A DNA stretch of 64,000 nucleotides, taken from contig JAHPZH010000002.1 in the NCBI GenBank assembly GCA_019058315.1, positions 288,001 to 352,000 of the forward strand, written 5' to 3'. Position numbers and translations under genes: made by a program. Positions 50,679 to 60,231 of the stretch are shown one piece after another (position 1 is the first letter of the stretch; each line of letters begins with the position of its first letter). The notes under the pieces are model-generated. The model had not been told where the DNA came from and made no database searches. It saw only the letters and a list, made by a program, of their open reading frames with translations. Source of the stretch: Candidatus Helarchaeota archaeon (GTDB lineage Archaea; Asgardarchaeota; Lokiarchaeia; Helarchaeales; RDOG01).

Positions 50679-52289
50679 TTGGCACAAACACTACAAATTA
50701 AAACTGACCTTAAAAATGTAAATGAAGCAATCGATAAAGCAGTTTCACAATATCCTAATAATATTGCAATTCGTTTTGGAGGAGAAGAAATTACATACAA
50801 GGCTTTCTCAGAAACTGTAATGCAGGTCGCTAGTGCTTTGAAAAAACTAGGTGTTAAAAAAGGAGATAAAGTTGCGGTAGTCTTGGCTAATGTTCCAGAA
50901 TATATTTATTCCTTCTATGGAGCATTAAGAATTGGGGCTGTCCTTGCTCCAATGATTAGAATGCTGAAACCTGATGAAATAGCATCTAATTGTACAGAAG
51001 CAGAATGTAAAGTGTTAATTATTTCTGATGACGGTAAAAGAACGGTGAAGAAAACAAGAAAACAAGATAAGCAATTAGAACATGTAATAATCGTTGGAGA
51101 TAAAGAAATAGAAGAAACAATAAATTGGAAAGATTTCATTGCAACGGGGACAAAGGATTATATTTCTCCTGGTGACATTGGTCTTGATGATTGGGCAACA
51201 ATTAATTTCACTAGTGGAACTACTGGAAAGCCTAAGGGAACAATTCATAGCCATAAGAATTATGTATATGCTGCCATAGGGCAACGCTTGGCTACAAAAG
51301 GAAGTCCTGAAGATTCTGCTGTTCTTGTCTTACCAATGTATCATATCTTTGGATTATCTGTTATGAATGCCAGTCTTAATATTGGTTCCATGTTAAATAT
51401 GCTTCCTGGATTTCTTGTTCAAGATGCGCTTAAAGAGCTTTGTCATCCTCGAACATCAACTTTTTACGCAGTTCCAGCAATGTATGCCATAATATTGGCG
51501 CAGGAGAATATTAATGAATTTGTTGGGAAGTTTAGTCCCAATTTAAAATTTGTTTTAAGTGGTGCTGCACCTTTACCAATGGGACTTATTAAGAGAATGG
51601 AAAAAATATTTATTGATACAAATGGTAGACAAATACCAATAGTAGAAGGTTGGGGCACAACGGAAGACGCAGTTTATGGTACTGTAAACCCGTGGGATGA
51701 GCCAGACAAAATTAAATATGGTTCAATTGGAAAACCATTCCCTGATTGCAAAATTTTAATAGTTGATGATGATGGAAAACCAGTTCCGAAAGGAGAACGT
51801 GGTGAAATGGCAGTACAAAATCCTGGAGTGATGCTTGGCTACTTAAATATGCCTAAAAAAACAAAAGAAGTATTAAAACCAGTGAAAGGAGAAGAAGGAA
51901 TCTGGTATTATACTGGAGATATTGGTATTATAGATGATGATGGTTATTATTACATTGTTGACCGTAAGAAAGATCTCATAATCGTCGGTGGAAGAAATGT
52001 AATTCCGAGGGATGTTGAGGAAGTTCTCTTTAAGCATCCAAAAATTCATGAAGCTACCGTTGTTGGAGCACCACACGAAAAGATGGGTGAAACAGTTCGG
52101 GCTATTATTGTTCTTAAAAAGGATGAGGAAATGACAGAACAAGAAGTTATGGATTATTGTAAGGAGAACTTAGCAGATTATAAATGTCCCAGGATAGTGG
52201 AATTCGAAAAAATGTTAAAGAAAACTTCAACTGGAAAAATCTTGAAGAAGGATTATCGAGCAAGCTTCAAGGAAATTAGAGGAGATTAA
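50679..52289 (+). CDS. Long-chain fatty acid--CoA ligase family (AMP-binding)
   Basis: FTSGTTGKPKG, EGWGTTE, TGDIG, DRKKD, TGKILK. Confidence 0.92.
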   Translation: MAQTLQIKTDLKNVNEAIDKAVSQYPNNIAIRFGGEEITYKAFSETVMQVASALKKLGVKKGDKVAVVLANVPEYIYSFYGALRIGAVLAPMIRMLKPDEIASNCTEAECKVLIISDDGKRTVKKTRKQDKQLEHVIIVGDKEIEETINWKDFIATGTKDYISPGDIGLDDWATINFTSGTTGKPKGTIHSHKNYVYAAIGQRLATKGSPEDSAVLVLPMYHIFGLSVMNASLNIGSMLNMLPGFLVQDALKELCHPRTSTFYAVPAMYAIILAQENINEFVGKFSPNLKFVLSGAAPLPMGLIKRMEKIFIDTNGRQIPIVEGWGTTEDAVYGTVNPWDEPDKIKYGSIGKPFPDCKILIVDDDGKPVPKGERGEMAVQNPGVMLGYLNMPKKTKEVLKPVKGEEGIWYYTGDIGIIDDDGYYYIVDRKKDLIIVGGRNVIPRDVEEVLFKHPKIHEATVVGAPHEKMGETVRAIIVLKKDEEMTEQEVMDYCKENLADYKCPRIVEFEKMLKKTSTGKILKKDYRASFKEIRGD

Positions 52290-52340
52290 CAACTTCTTTT
52301 TCTTTTTATTATTTTTCTTTTAAAAAGTTTCTTTTTTTTA

Positions 52341-52979
52341 TTATGGATTTTCAAATTTATTAATAATTAAATAGCTTATTCCAAGACTTAATGTTATTGT
52401 TCCCATAATTATCAATCCGGTCTCTATGTTAGGACCAGACTCCATTAGTAATGAAGCAATAACCACAAAATAAAATATTTCTCTTGAAGCTCCAGTCATC
52501 ATCCAATAAATAACTGCGCCAAATTTTAAAGATTCGTCAGAACGATGAGGTATTACGAATATTGCTACAAAAAATCCAATCCCAAGAATTATCAACATGA
52601 CCCCATTTACCTTTGTTTGTCTCTTCATATCCATTCTCATTAATCTTAAATGTGGTTTAGATGTTGGTTTTCTGAATATCCTAAAAATTAGACCTATGAC
52701 GATTATTAAAACTCCTAAAATTAATAAAAGAACTCCCATCTCAGCTAAATCACGAACAGCTGCTACAAAAGTTACAGTAAACCCCATCATACATATAGCA
52801 AAACCTATAAGAGGACACGCTGGTAAAAGAAAATCTCTTAAAACTTCAATCTTCATGTTATCTATTTCTTTAATATAATCCCTCTCAGGAAGATCTTCTT
52901 GACAATTCTCGCAAAATCCATTAAAATGCTCATTTTGACGTTCTGAAATTTCCTTTCCACATTTTCTGCAATATGGCAA
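52341..52979 (-). CDS. Zinc-ribbon membrane protein
   Basis: YCRKCG...FCENC followed by about 5 TM segments; SD GGTGGAG before TTG. Confidence 0.8.
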   Translation of the reverse strand: MPYCRKCGKEISERQNEHFNGFCENCQEDLPERDYIKEIDNMKIEVLRDFLLPACPLIGFAICMMGFTVTFVAAVRDLAEMGVLLLILGVLIIVIGLIFRIFRKPTSKPHLRLMRMDMKRQTKVNGVMLIILGIGFFVAIFVIPHRSDESLKFGAVIYWMMTGASREIFYFVVIASLLMESGPNIETGLIIMGTITLSLGISYLIINKFENP

Positions 52980-53104
52980 ATATCTCCACCTAATTTACCT
53001 TTATTTTATATTTTTTTATTTTTTTCTTTTGAGGCAATAAATACCTAATTCCTAGCTCTTACTATAATGCTTAAATAAAAATAAAAGATTTAGTAAATTT
53101 AATT

Positions 53105-53222
53105 GAGTATAGATGTCCACGAATTGTGGAATTCGAAAAAAATGCTAAAAAAGACATCCACTAGAAAAATCTTGAAGAAAGATTATAGGGCTAGCTTTAA
53201 AGCGATTAGAGGTGAAGAATAA
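53105..53222 (+). pseudogene. Diverged, frameshifted copy of the 3' end of the acyl-CoA ligase gene
   Basis: YRCPRIVEFEK(+1 A)MLKKTSTRKILKKDYRASFKAIRGEE* versus YKCPRIVEFEKMLKKTSTGKILKKDYRASFKEIRGD* at 52179-52289. Confidence 0.88.
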
Positions 53223-53288
53223 CGCATTTTTTAATTTAAAATAAATTTTTTATTTCCTTTTTTTCTTTATTATAATGGAAGTATTTTA

Positions 53289-53438
53289 ATGCTTAGACCA
53301 TTACCTGGTGGACCTAAAGAATGTATTTGCCCAATGTGCGGGGAAAGAGTTTTAGAAGCAAGAGGAATTCCTTGTAGATCCAAAAAATGTCCTAAATGTG
53401 GTTCTTACTTGATAAAATCTCCTCTAAAACGATTTTAA
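53289..53438 (+). CDS. 49-aa Cys-rich metal-binding microprotein (below the ORF-track cutoff)
   Basis: MLRPLPGGPKECICPMCGERVLEARGIPCRSKKCPKCGSYLIKSPLKRF; CxCPxCG...GxPCxxxxCPxCG motif. Confidence 0.8.
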   Translation: MLRPLPGGPKECICPMCGERVLEARGIPCRSKKCPKCGSYLIKSPLKRF

Positions 53439-53484
53439 TAAATTCATTGGGTCAATTTTTCCAATTTTATTGAGAAAAAATAGT

Positions 53485-54294
53485 TTATAAATTAATTATA
53501 TCAGGGGAGAGTCCAGTTCTAAAAAAAATTATTTTTTCATAAATTCTCTGAAACCAATTTATAGGTCTCCCTTCTAATAAATGAGCAAGAAAAGATTGAG
53601 GAGGATCTTTAGGTTTTGCTCCACCAACAAAATCTGCACCAGCTTTAAAAAATGGATCTGGAAACATAGTACAAGAAGGACCAATAATACCTCGCAATTT
53701 TGCATTTTTACAAGTATCTAACAACTCTTCTGTTGAATGATATAATAGACTAGCCCCAGTTGCAATAAGAATATCCGCTTCTGCCAGATCCTTAATTGAC
53801 TCCGCTATTGTTATCCTTTTATCATAGTCATCTTTTAAATTCTTTTCTAATACAATAACTTTTCCTGCATTTTCAACCCAATATTTTATATATGGTGTAA
53901 TATATCCGACTTGCGCTACAATATCCTTATCTTTTGGCTTAATTATCGCCATTGGGTCGTATTCTTCTCCAAAATAAATTTGTTTATTTTTCCAGAAATC
54001 AGTTTTATCAAACCACCACAATGAATACGCGTTGATTAGAGCTATCCCTAAAGAACGTTCTGCGTTTAGTGCCATGTTTGCTGCTTTTATTGCATTTAAT
54101 ATTTCGTTTTTATTATGTGGGACTTTAATATCACCTTCCATTTCTGGATCTATAAAACAAGCTCCACTATTTCCAGTTTCTAGTAAAACTGTAACAAAAT
54201 GACCGGTTTTTCCTACCGCAACAACATTTGGTGGTTCATTTTCCTTAAAAATCTTCGATATTAAATTAATTTCATTTTTTAAAATTTCAGACAT
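53485..54294 (-). CDS. DUF364-type Rossmann-like protein
   Basis: ERSLGIALINA, VAQVGY, VLEK, ILIATGASL, IGPS, VGG. Confidence 0.8.
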   Translation of the reverse strand: MSEILKNEINLISKIFKENEPPNVVAVGKTGHFVTVLLETGNSGACFIDPEMEGDIKVPHNKNEILNAIKAANMALNAERSLGIALINAYSLWWFDKTDFWKNKQIYFGEEYDPMAIIKPKDKDIVAQVGYITPYIKYWVENAGKVIVLEKNLKDDYDKRITIAESIKDLAEADILIATGASLLYHSTEELLDTCKNAKLRGIIGPSCTMFPDPFFKAGADFVGGAKPKDPPQSFLAHLLEGRPINWFQRIYEKIIFFRTGLSPDIINL

Positions 54295-54309
54295 AAATAA
54301 AACTCCATT

Positions 54310-55191
54310 TCAAATTATTTTTATAAAAAATATTTCTAATTGACAACTTCCATTAAGTTTAAAAAGCCAATAATCAAAGATTGAAATACCATAGCCCCAA
54401 AAATTATAATCTCGTATATATGGGCAACACATCACGAAAAACACGGAAATACTAAATAATATAGTTAAAATTAGAACCAGCACATCTAAAATAGAGATTG
54501 AGATTTCATGAAAATAGGTTCTTTCGCCTTTAATACGAAATCCTCTTGCTTGAAGGGCCATCGCCATATTATTAGTATTTAAGATGAAATTAAATAATAT
54601 AGTAGTTAATAAAACTTTCAAATTTGATAATCTGGTTCTGATACCACCATGTGTAATACTAATTCCCTTTGCCTCCATAGCCATTTGAATTTCATCACTT
54701 TCCATTAGAATCAGTGGTAAAAAATAAAGCGCAAGACTAACCATAAAAGAAATTACATACGGAATTTTCATTTTTGTTAATGCTAAAAGAAAATCCTTAC
54801 GATTAGTAGTCATAGCAAATATAGAACCTGCAAAAATGAGAATCATAAATCTAAAACTAATCAAAAGACCATAAAAAATACCATCCCAACTTAGAAGTAT
54901 CCAACCTCCAAAAATCGGGATATTTTGGGGTATTATGTAAATCGGGAAAAGAGGATTATAATATAATATAGTTTGAAAAAAAATAATTGGAATAATCATT
55001 GAAATAAGCTTTCTTAAATACATAAATGGGCTGAATTTTTTGGATTTTAAAAAGATGAAAAAAAGAAATTCAGAAATAAAAATTACAAATAAGATAATAA
55101 GATTCTGTACTAAAACAGAAATTGTCGAAACACAAAGTAAAATAATGAACTTAACTCGTGGATCCGTACTTTTTTCTGAATTAGTTTGCAT
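54310..55191 (-). CDS. ecfT: ECF transporter T component
   Basis: DPRVK, AMEAKG and ALQARG coupling motifs. Confidence 0.92.
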   Translation of the reverse strand: MQTNSEKSTDPRVKFIILLCVSTISVLVQNLIILFVIFISEFLFFIFLKSKKFSPFMYLRKLISMIIPIIFFQTILYYNPLFPIYIIPQNIPIFGGWILLSWDGIFYGLLISFRFMILIFAGSIFAMTTNRKDFLLALTKMKIPYVISFMVSLALYFLPLILMESDEIQMAMEAKGISITHGGIRTRLSNLKVLLTTILFNFILNTNNMAMALQARGFRIKGERTYFHEISISILDVLVLILTILFSISVFFVMCCPYIRDYNFWGYGISIFDYWLFKLNGSCQLEIFFIKII

Positions 55192-56005
55192 TTTTGAGTT
55201 TTTCCTCTAAATAATCAATTAAATTTTCATAATTAGTTAAAGATGGAAAATTTTTGAATTTTTTAAGTTGGTCAAATAATTTTAGCATGAATGGTAATCT
55301 CAAACCCACTTCAAGAAGTCTCTTAGGATCTTCTCTCAATTTAGTTATAGAATCATCAAAAATTTTTCTTCCTTTATCTAATATTATTATTCTATTACAA
55401 AAATTAAGAATTGAGTCAATATCATGTGAGATCAAAATTAAAATGTGGTCTTTTTTTAATTTGATTAGAAATGATAATAAATTTTCTTTTCTATTGTAAT
55501 CTAAACCAGCAAATGGTTCATCTAATATTATGACCTTTGGTCTGCTAGCTAAAATAAAACCTAAATTTACTCTTTTTTTTTCTCCTTGGCTTAATCTTCT
55601 TGGATGAAACTTTTGAATTGTATATAACCCTAAAAATCTTAAAATATTCTTTGTAATTCGTTCAAGGTTTTCTAAAGACACTTTTTTTCGTTTTAAACCA
55701 ATAGAAACCTCATCATAAATACTACTAGTGCAAAGCATTACATCTGGGTTCTGAAATAAATAACCAACTTGTTCAGAAATATTAAAAATGGATAATTTTT
55801 TATAATCTATTTCATTTAATAGCATTTTACCGGAATTAGGTTTGATAAATCCTGCAATTATTTTTGCTAAAGTTGACTTTCCTGCTCCATTTGGACCAAT
55901 TAACCCAATAACTTCATTTTTTTCAATATCTAAATTTAAATCCTGAATTGCGGGAATTTTACCACGATATTTAAAATTAATATTTTCAATTTTTATTATC
56001 GACAT
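55181..56005 (-). CDS. ecfA2: ECF transporter ATPase
   Basis: GPNGAGKST, FQNPD, LSQGEKKR, LDEP, SHD. Confidence 0.92.
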   Translation of the reverse strand: MSIIKIENINFKYRGKIPAIQDLNLDIEKNEVIGLIGPNGAGKSTLAKIIAGFIKPNSGKMLLNEIDYKKLSIFNISEQVGYLFQNPDVMLCTSSIYDEVSIGLKRKKVSLENLERITKNILRFLGLYTIQKFHPRRLSQGEKKRVNLGFILASRPKVIILDEPFAGLDYNRKENLLSFLIKLKKDHILILISHDIDSILNFCNRIIILDKGRKIFDDSITKLREDPKRLLEVGLRLPFMLKLFDQLKKFKNFPSLTNYENLIDYLEEKLKNAN

Positions 56006-56847
56006 ATAATATCACTTAAAATACTGATTCCATCAGAAAATTTTACTGGAATCTCAAAATCAAAATCAATTCTTTTCTTCAAATCTAAAAATAATTTCGT
56101 TATAGGTGGAGGGATTAATTTATATTTATTTAAAAATTCAATATTTGAAAAAATCATATTTGGTTTATCGTTACCGATGATTTGTCCTTTATCTAAAACG
56201 ATGATACGTTCTGCTAATTCGCCTAAAATTTCTGCATTATGTGAGACTAAAATTATTGTAGTTCCTGATTGATGAATTTTTTTTAAGATATTGAAAATCC
56301 GGTTTGAATAAATAGGATCAAGATATGAAGTAGGTTCATCTAAAACTAATATTTGTGGTTTCATTATTAATATGGAAGCTAAAGATACTAATTGTTTTTG
56401 CCCACCTGATAGTGCTGTAGTATCTCTATTAATTAATTCAGTAATGCCAATTTCTTCTAGAATTATATTTAACCTTGTAGACATTTCTTTTTTAGGAATA
56501 GCTAAATTTTCCAACCCAAAAACAATCTCACTTTCTACATCAGGAGAAAAGATTTGGAAGTCTGGATTTTGAAAGAGAAATCCTACTTTGTCTGCAAAAT
56601 CTTGAATTTCATAATCAAGTGTATTATTACTAAGAACTTCTACTGATCCCTCGAAATCTCCTTTAAAAAAATGAGGAACTAATCCATTTAATAAATATAT
56701 TAATGTAGATTTTCCAGAACCAGATTCTCCCATAACTCCAATAAATTCCCCTTCATTAATTTCAAGATTAATATTTACTAAATTCAAAATTGGTGATGTT
56801 GCATATCTAAAATTGACATTTTTTAATTTTATTATTTTATATACCAT
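55996..56847 (-). CDS. ecfA1: ECF transporter ATPase
   Basis: GESGSGKST, FQNPDFQ, FGLEN, LSGGQKQ, LDEPT. Confidence 0.92.
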   Translation of the reverse strand: MVYKIIKLKNVNFRYATSPILNLVNINLEINEGEFIGVMGESGSGKSTLIYLLNGLVPHFFKGDFEGSVEVLSNNTLDYEIQDFADKVGFLFQNPDFQIFSPDVESEIVFGLENLAIPKKEMSTRLNIILEEIGITELINRDTTALSGGQKQLVSLASILIMKPQILVLDEPTSYLDPIYSNRIFNILKKIHQSGTTIILVSHNAEILGELAERIIVLDKGQIIGNDKPNMIFSNIEFLNKYKLIPPPITKLFLDLKKRIDFDFEIPVKFSDGISILSDIICR

Positions 56848-56867
56848 GGTAATCGAAAAAAACTGTT

Positions 56868-57452
56868 TTATATATTAATTTCAACACTAATTACATACTT
56901 TGCACAAAGTCTGCCGTTATAATCATCTCCAAATTTAAATATACAATATGCTTGACTTGTAATAGTCCGAACTGGTCCTTCTCCACCTAACTCTTTTTTT
57001 AATATTGGCAGACCATCTTCTAAATAGACTAATAGAATTTCTTCGTTCCAAGTATCAATATCAGCTTTTGGATAACTTATTGCCCAACCATCTTGTGCTT
57101 TTATTGAAACTTCAGAATATGTTGACACGTTCATTATATCATAGACTAAATGTTTCAAAGAAAAGCCCTTATAAGCATGTGTCGATTCACCTGTACTTGT
57201 CTTATAAACAAAGGCTTTTGTTACATTCGAATGACGATCGAATTCTTGAATTGTAAAAGTTCTAGAACTATTAACTGCAGATCCTCCAATTTTAACCGTC
57301 CATAAAAAAGGTAATAATAATAAATTACGTTGTGTGCTCTGGGTTTGATTTTTTTGATATTGATAATAATAAAAATAATAGATTAATGAAGGAACCAAAA
57401 TTAAAATTAGAACAATATTAATTATTAAAAAAATTTTTACATCTCTCTTCAA
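56868..57452 (-). CDS. Membrane-anchored molybdopterin-oxidoreductase-fold protein (paralogue 3)
   Basis: N-terminal TM; YKGFSL, AQDGW, LVYLEDG...GPVR...CAKYVISVEI. Confidence 0.75.
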   Translation of the reverse strand: MKRDVKIFLIINIVLILILVPSLIYYFYYYQYQKNQTQSTQRNLLLLPFLWTVKIGGSAVNSSRTFTIQEFDRHSNVTKAFVYKTSTGESTHAYKGFSLKHLVYDIMNVSTYSEVSIKAQDGWAISYPKADIDTWNEEILLVYLEDGLPILKKELGGEGPVRTITSQAYCIFKFGDDYNGRLCAKYVISVEINI

Positions 57453-57477
57453 TTCTATCTTGCCTTTATCGTTTAAT

Positions 57478-58095
57478 TTAAGAATTTATTTGAAAAGCTA
57501 TAACATGCCTTACACACCATATGCCATTAAATTGACCCAAATTCCCATATTTTGTAATAGTATAATTCTGGGTAACAACATTATATACGGGTTTATAATA
57601 ATCAGTTAAATTTTGCCCCTCTCTTTTATATGCTAAGAAAAGATCATCCCAAAATACTGGATTATCAATGTCAGTTTGTTGAAAAGTCATAGAATATCCA
57701 TCAGAGGCTATGATATTTACGCTAGAATATGAACTTACATTCATTATATCATAAATTAAACGTCTAAATGGAATTCCCGTATAATTGACAATATCACTAA
57801 CTAAAACACTTCCCTCTTTTCGTGTTATATTAACATATCTAGTTAAATTTGACCATGTAACAAAATCTGAGTAATTCAATTTTAGAATATCTACTGCAGA
57901 TCCATTTACTGTTAAAGGGAAATCTGGTATATTCTCATAAGTACCTGAATTTTGCTTCAAAGTTATAAGTAATAATTCATATGGTTGATTATTTGGATTT
58001 ACTAATATGTACCCAATTGGTATAACTATTCCAATTCCTATTATTATTGAAATTATTGATATTTTAATTGAATTTTTCAATTTTCTTCTTCTCAT
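57478..58095 (-). CDS. Membrane-anchored molybdopterin-oxidoreductase-fold protein (paralogue 2)
   Basis: N-terminal TM; VNGSAV, YTGIPF, ASDGY, LAYKREG, CVRHVIAFQI. Confidence 0.75.
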   Translation of the reverse strand: MRRRKLKNSIKISIISIIIGIGIVIPIGYILVNPNNQPYELLLITLKQNSGTYENIPDFPLTVNGSAVDILKLNYSDFVTWSNLTRYVNITRKEGSVLVSDIVNYTGIPFRRLIYDIMNVSSYSSVNIIASDGYSMTFQQTDIDNPVFWDDLFLAYKREGQNLTDYYKPVYNVVTQNYTITKYGNLGQFNGIWCVRHVIAFQINS

Positions 58096-58125
58096 TAATT
58101 AAAAAAATTTAAAAAAAATAAAAAA

Positions 58126-58734
58126 TTAAGTTATTTCAATAGTTTCTACCAGTCTTACAGTGTTAAAACCATTAAAGTTAGTACCAAAAACTGCAAGGCT
58201 GAATTCCTTAGTAAACACTGATCTTACAATTTCTTGACTTGTTAGATAATGACCATCCCTTTTATATGCTAACATAATATCATCTGCAAAGGTGGCATTA
58301 TCGATATCTGTTTGATTATATGTCTTAGCCCAAATGGGATTGTCTGATGGAATTAATGTAATGTTTGTATAAGAAGTTACATTAGCAATATCGTAGATCA
58401 AGTGAGTAAAAGGAATTCCAACCCAAAATTCTGTATAATTCAGCAGATCTGCAGCTCCACCCCACCTTTTTTCCATGACAACAATATATCTAGCAAGATA
58501 TGAGTGTTGTTCGAAATCTTCTAAAGTCAAATTAAACTCAACCGGAACTGCTGAACCATTAACTTTAATATTAATTAACGGTGGTGAAGGTGTTTCTTGC
58601 ATCATTGCAAGAGCAATGACAATTGGTCCAGTATCAACTCGACTTTGTATATTCAGAAAATAAAAAGTTGGAACTATTATTCCTGTTGCAACAACAAAAC
58701 CCAAGATAAAACTTATTCCAATATTCTTATCCAT
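58126..58734 (-). CDS. Membrane-anchored molybdopterin-oxidoreductase-fold protein (paralogue 1)
   Basis: N-terminal TM; VNGSAV, WVGIPF, LAYKRDG, VRLVETIEI. Confidence 0.75.
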   Translation of the reverse strand: MDKNIGISFILGFVVATGIIVPTFYFLNIQSRVDTGPIVIALAMMQETPSPPLINIKVNGSAVPVEFNLTLEDFEQHSYLARYIVVMEKRWGGAADLLNYTEFWVGIPFTHLIYDIANVTSYTNITLIPSDNPIWAKTYNQTDIDNATFADDIMLAYKRDGHYLTSQEIVRSVFTKEFSLAVFGTNFNGFNTVRLVETIEIT

Positions 58735-58747
58735 TCATTTTCACCTC

Positions 58748-59365
58748 CTATTCCAATATTTCGTAATATTTATCTGTTTTAGCACAAACAGGGCATAACT
58801 TCTTCCCATCTATCTCCTCAACTGCGTAATCTAATATACTTTCGCCACAATTTTCACATAAAAATTCATTATGCTTAATTGATGCATTTTCAATTAATGA
58901 ATTATCCGTAATTTTTACCTTTTTAACAATACAAATCTCCTGCATCTTCATATCTAAAATTTCTTTTCCAAAATTTTTAGTTATTTCCAAAATCTTTTTT
59001 CTATCATTTATTTCAAATAATTCTCTGATTTTATTGGATATTTCAGTCATTCTTTCTTGAAAATTCGATTTTACTGTAACCCTAACTGCATTTCCTGTTT
59101 TTTTATCTAGCATTGTTAGAGCTAATTTACCATAATTCTTTATTATTAAATCTCCACAGCCATATGTAGCTTTTGAGACTACTTGAATACCGTCCATAAA
59201 ACAATGTCTTGTTTCTGATATAACAAATAAATCCTTAATTTTTGGATTTTTAATACCAAGTTTATCTAATGCTGCTAAAGTTAATTTAATTCCAAGAGCA
59301 TAAGGAGCACTTATTACTCCATCATGAAAATATCTTGCAAATTCTAACATTTTGTTCTCGTTCAT
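58748..59365 (-). CDS. FmdE family protein with C-terminal zinc finger
   Basis: FHDG, ETRHCFMDGIQV, YGKLA, CENCGE...CPVCA. Confidence 0.85.
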   Translation of the reverse strand: MNENKMLEFARYFHDGVISAPYALGIKLTLAALDKLGIKNPKIKDLFVISETRHCFMDGIQVVSKATYGCGDLIIKNYGKLALTMLDKKTGNAVRVTVKSNFQERMTEISNKIRELFEINDRKKILEITKNFGKEILDMKMQEICIVKKVKITDNSLIENASIKHNEFLCENCGESILDYAVEEIDGKKLCPVCAKTDKYYEILE

Positions 59366-59383
59366 AGCGATAACTCGCGAACT

Positions 59384-60103
59384 TTATAATAGATTTTCTT
59401 TAATTTCTTCCTCACTATCTAGATGTAAGTCATACCATTTATCATCTTTATCTAATGTTAATATTTGAACTTGGGATAGTTTATCATATTCAATAACTAT
59501 TCCTCGAGCGATTAACCCTCCTAAACCTCCTGATATAAATGCAATAATAATAACAATTATTAAAAGAATCATTGGAAGATCTAAAATAACAATATTTACT
59601 AAATAAGTGCCAACAACATTTGCCGCTGCCCCCTCAAAATAGTAGCCAATGTAATTTCCTTCGCCTAATTTATGCATAATAAATGCAACTATATCAACTG
59701 CTATTCCTGGGGCTGAATATGTTAGGAATGAAAAAATTCCATGAGATCCGAATGGCATCAATAAAATCATAAATGTTTGAATAACTGCTGCGATAGTTGC
59801 TGCTCCATTTTTTTTAGTTAATTCCCTTGCTAATATTAACCACATCATATATAATCCACCTGCAACCGAACCTCCTGGTATATTTACAGGTCGTAATATA
59901 AAGGATAAAGCAGGTAGAATTAATTGTTTTGAGCCTATTCCCAAAGCTGCCATTAGAGGGATAATGATAAAATCTTTAATTTCAAATTTTGATTTCTTTT
60001 TCTTTATTTTTTTATCAATTTTTTCTTCATTATTTCCATTTTGTTCATTAATTCTGTCTTTTTCATTAATTTGGCTCTTTTCATTAATTCGACTTTCTTC
60101 CAA
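59384..60103 (-). CDS. ECF transporter S (substrate-capture) component
   Basis: About 6 TM segments, PGGSVAGGLYMMW, GSHG, SGGLGG; first gene of the operon containing ecfAAT. Confidence 0.85.
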   Translation of the reverse strand: MEESRINEKSQINEKDRINEQNGNNEEKIDKKIKKKKSKFEIKDFIIIPLMAALGIGSKQLILPALSFILRPVNIPGGSVAGGLYMMWLILARELTKKNGAATIAAVIQTFMILLMPFGSHGIFSFLTYSAPGIAVDIVAFIMHKLGEGNYIGYYFEGAAANVVGTYLVNIVILDLPMILLIIVIIIAFISGGLGGLIARGIVIEYDKLSQVQILTLDKDDKWYDLHLDSEEEIKENLL

Positions 60104-60140
60104 TTTTTATCAAATCCAAAAATGAATGCGAATAAGATTT

Positions 60141-60178
60141 TTTAAACCGATATGAATAATTATACATATCAGTTTAAA
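60141..60178. promoter_or_regulatory. 38-bp palindrome between the divergent ECF operon and mobB; ModE-box-like operator bounded by TTTAAA boxes
   Basis: TTTAAACCGATATGAATAATTATACATATCAGTTTAAA; 17 of 19 symmetric positions pair. Confidence 0.7.
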
Positions 60179-60231
60179 TTCTTTACTCTAAATGTAAAAA
60201 TTAAAAATATGATAAGGTGAAATGATCTATC

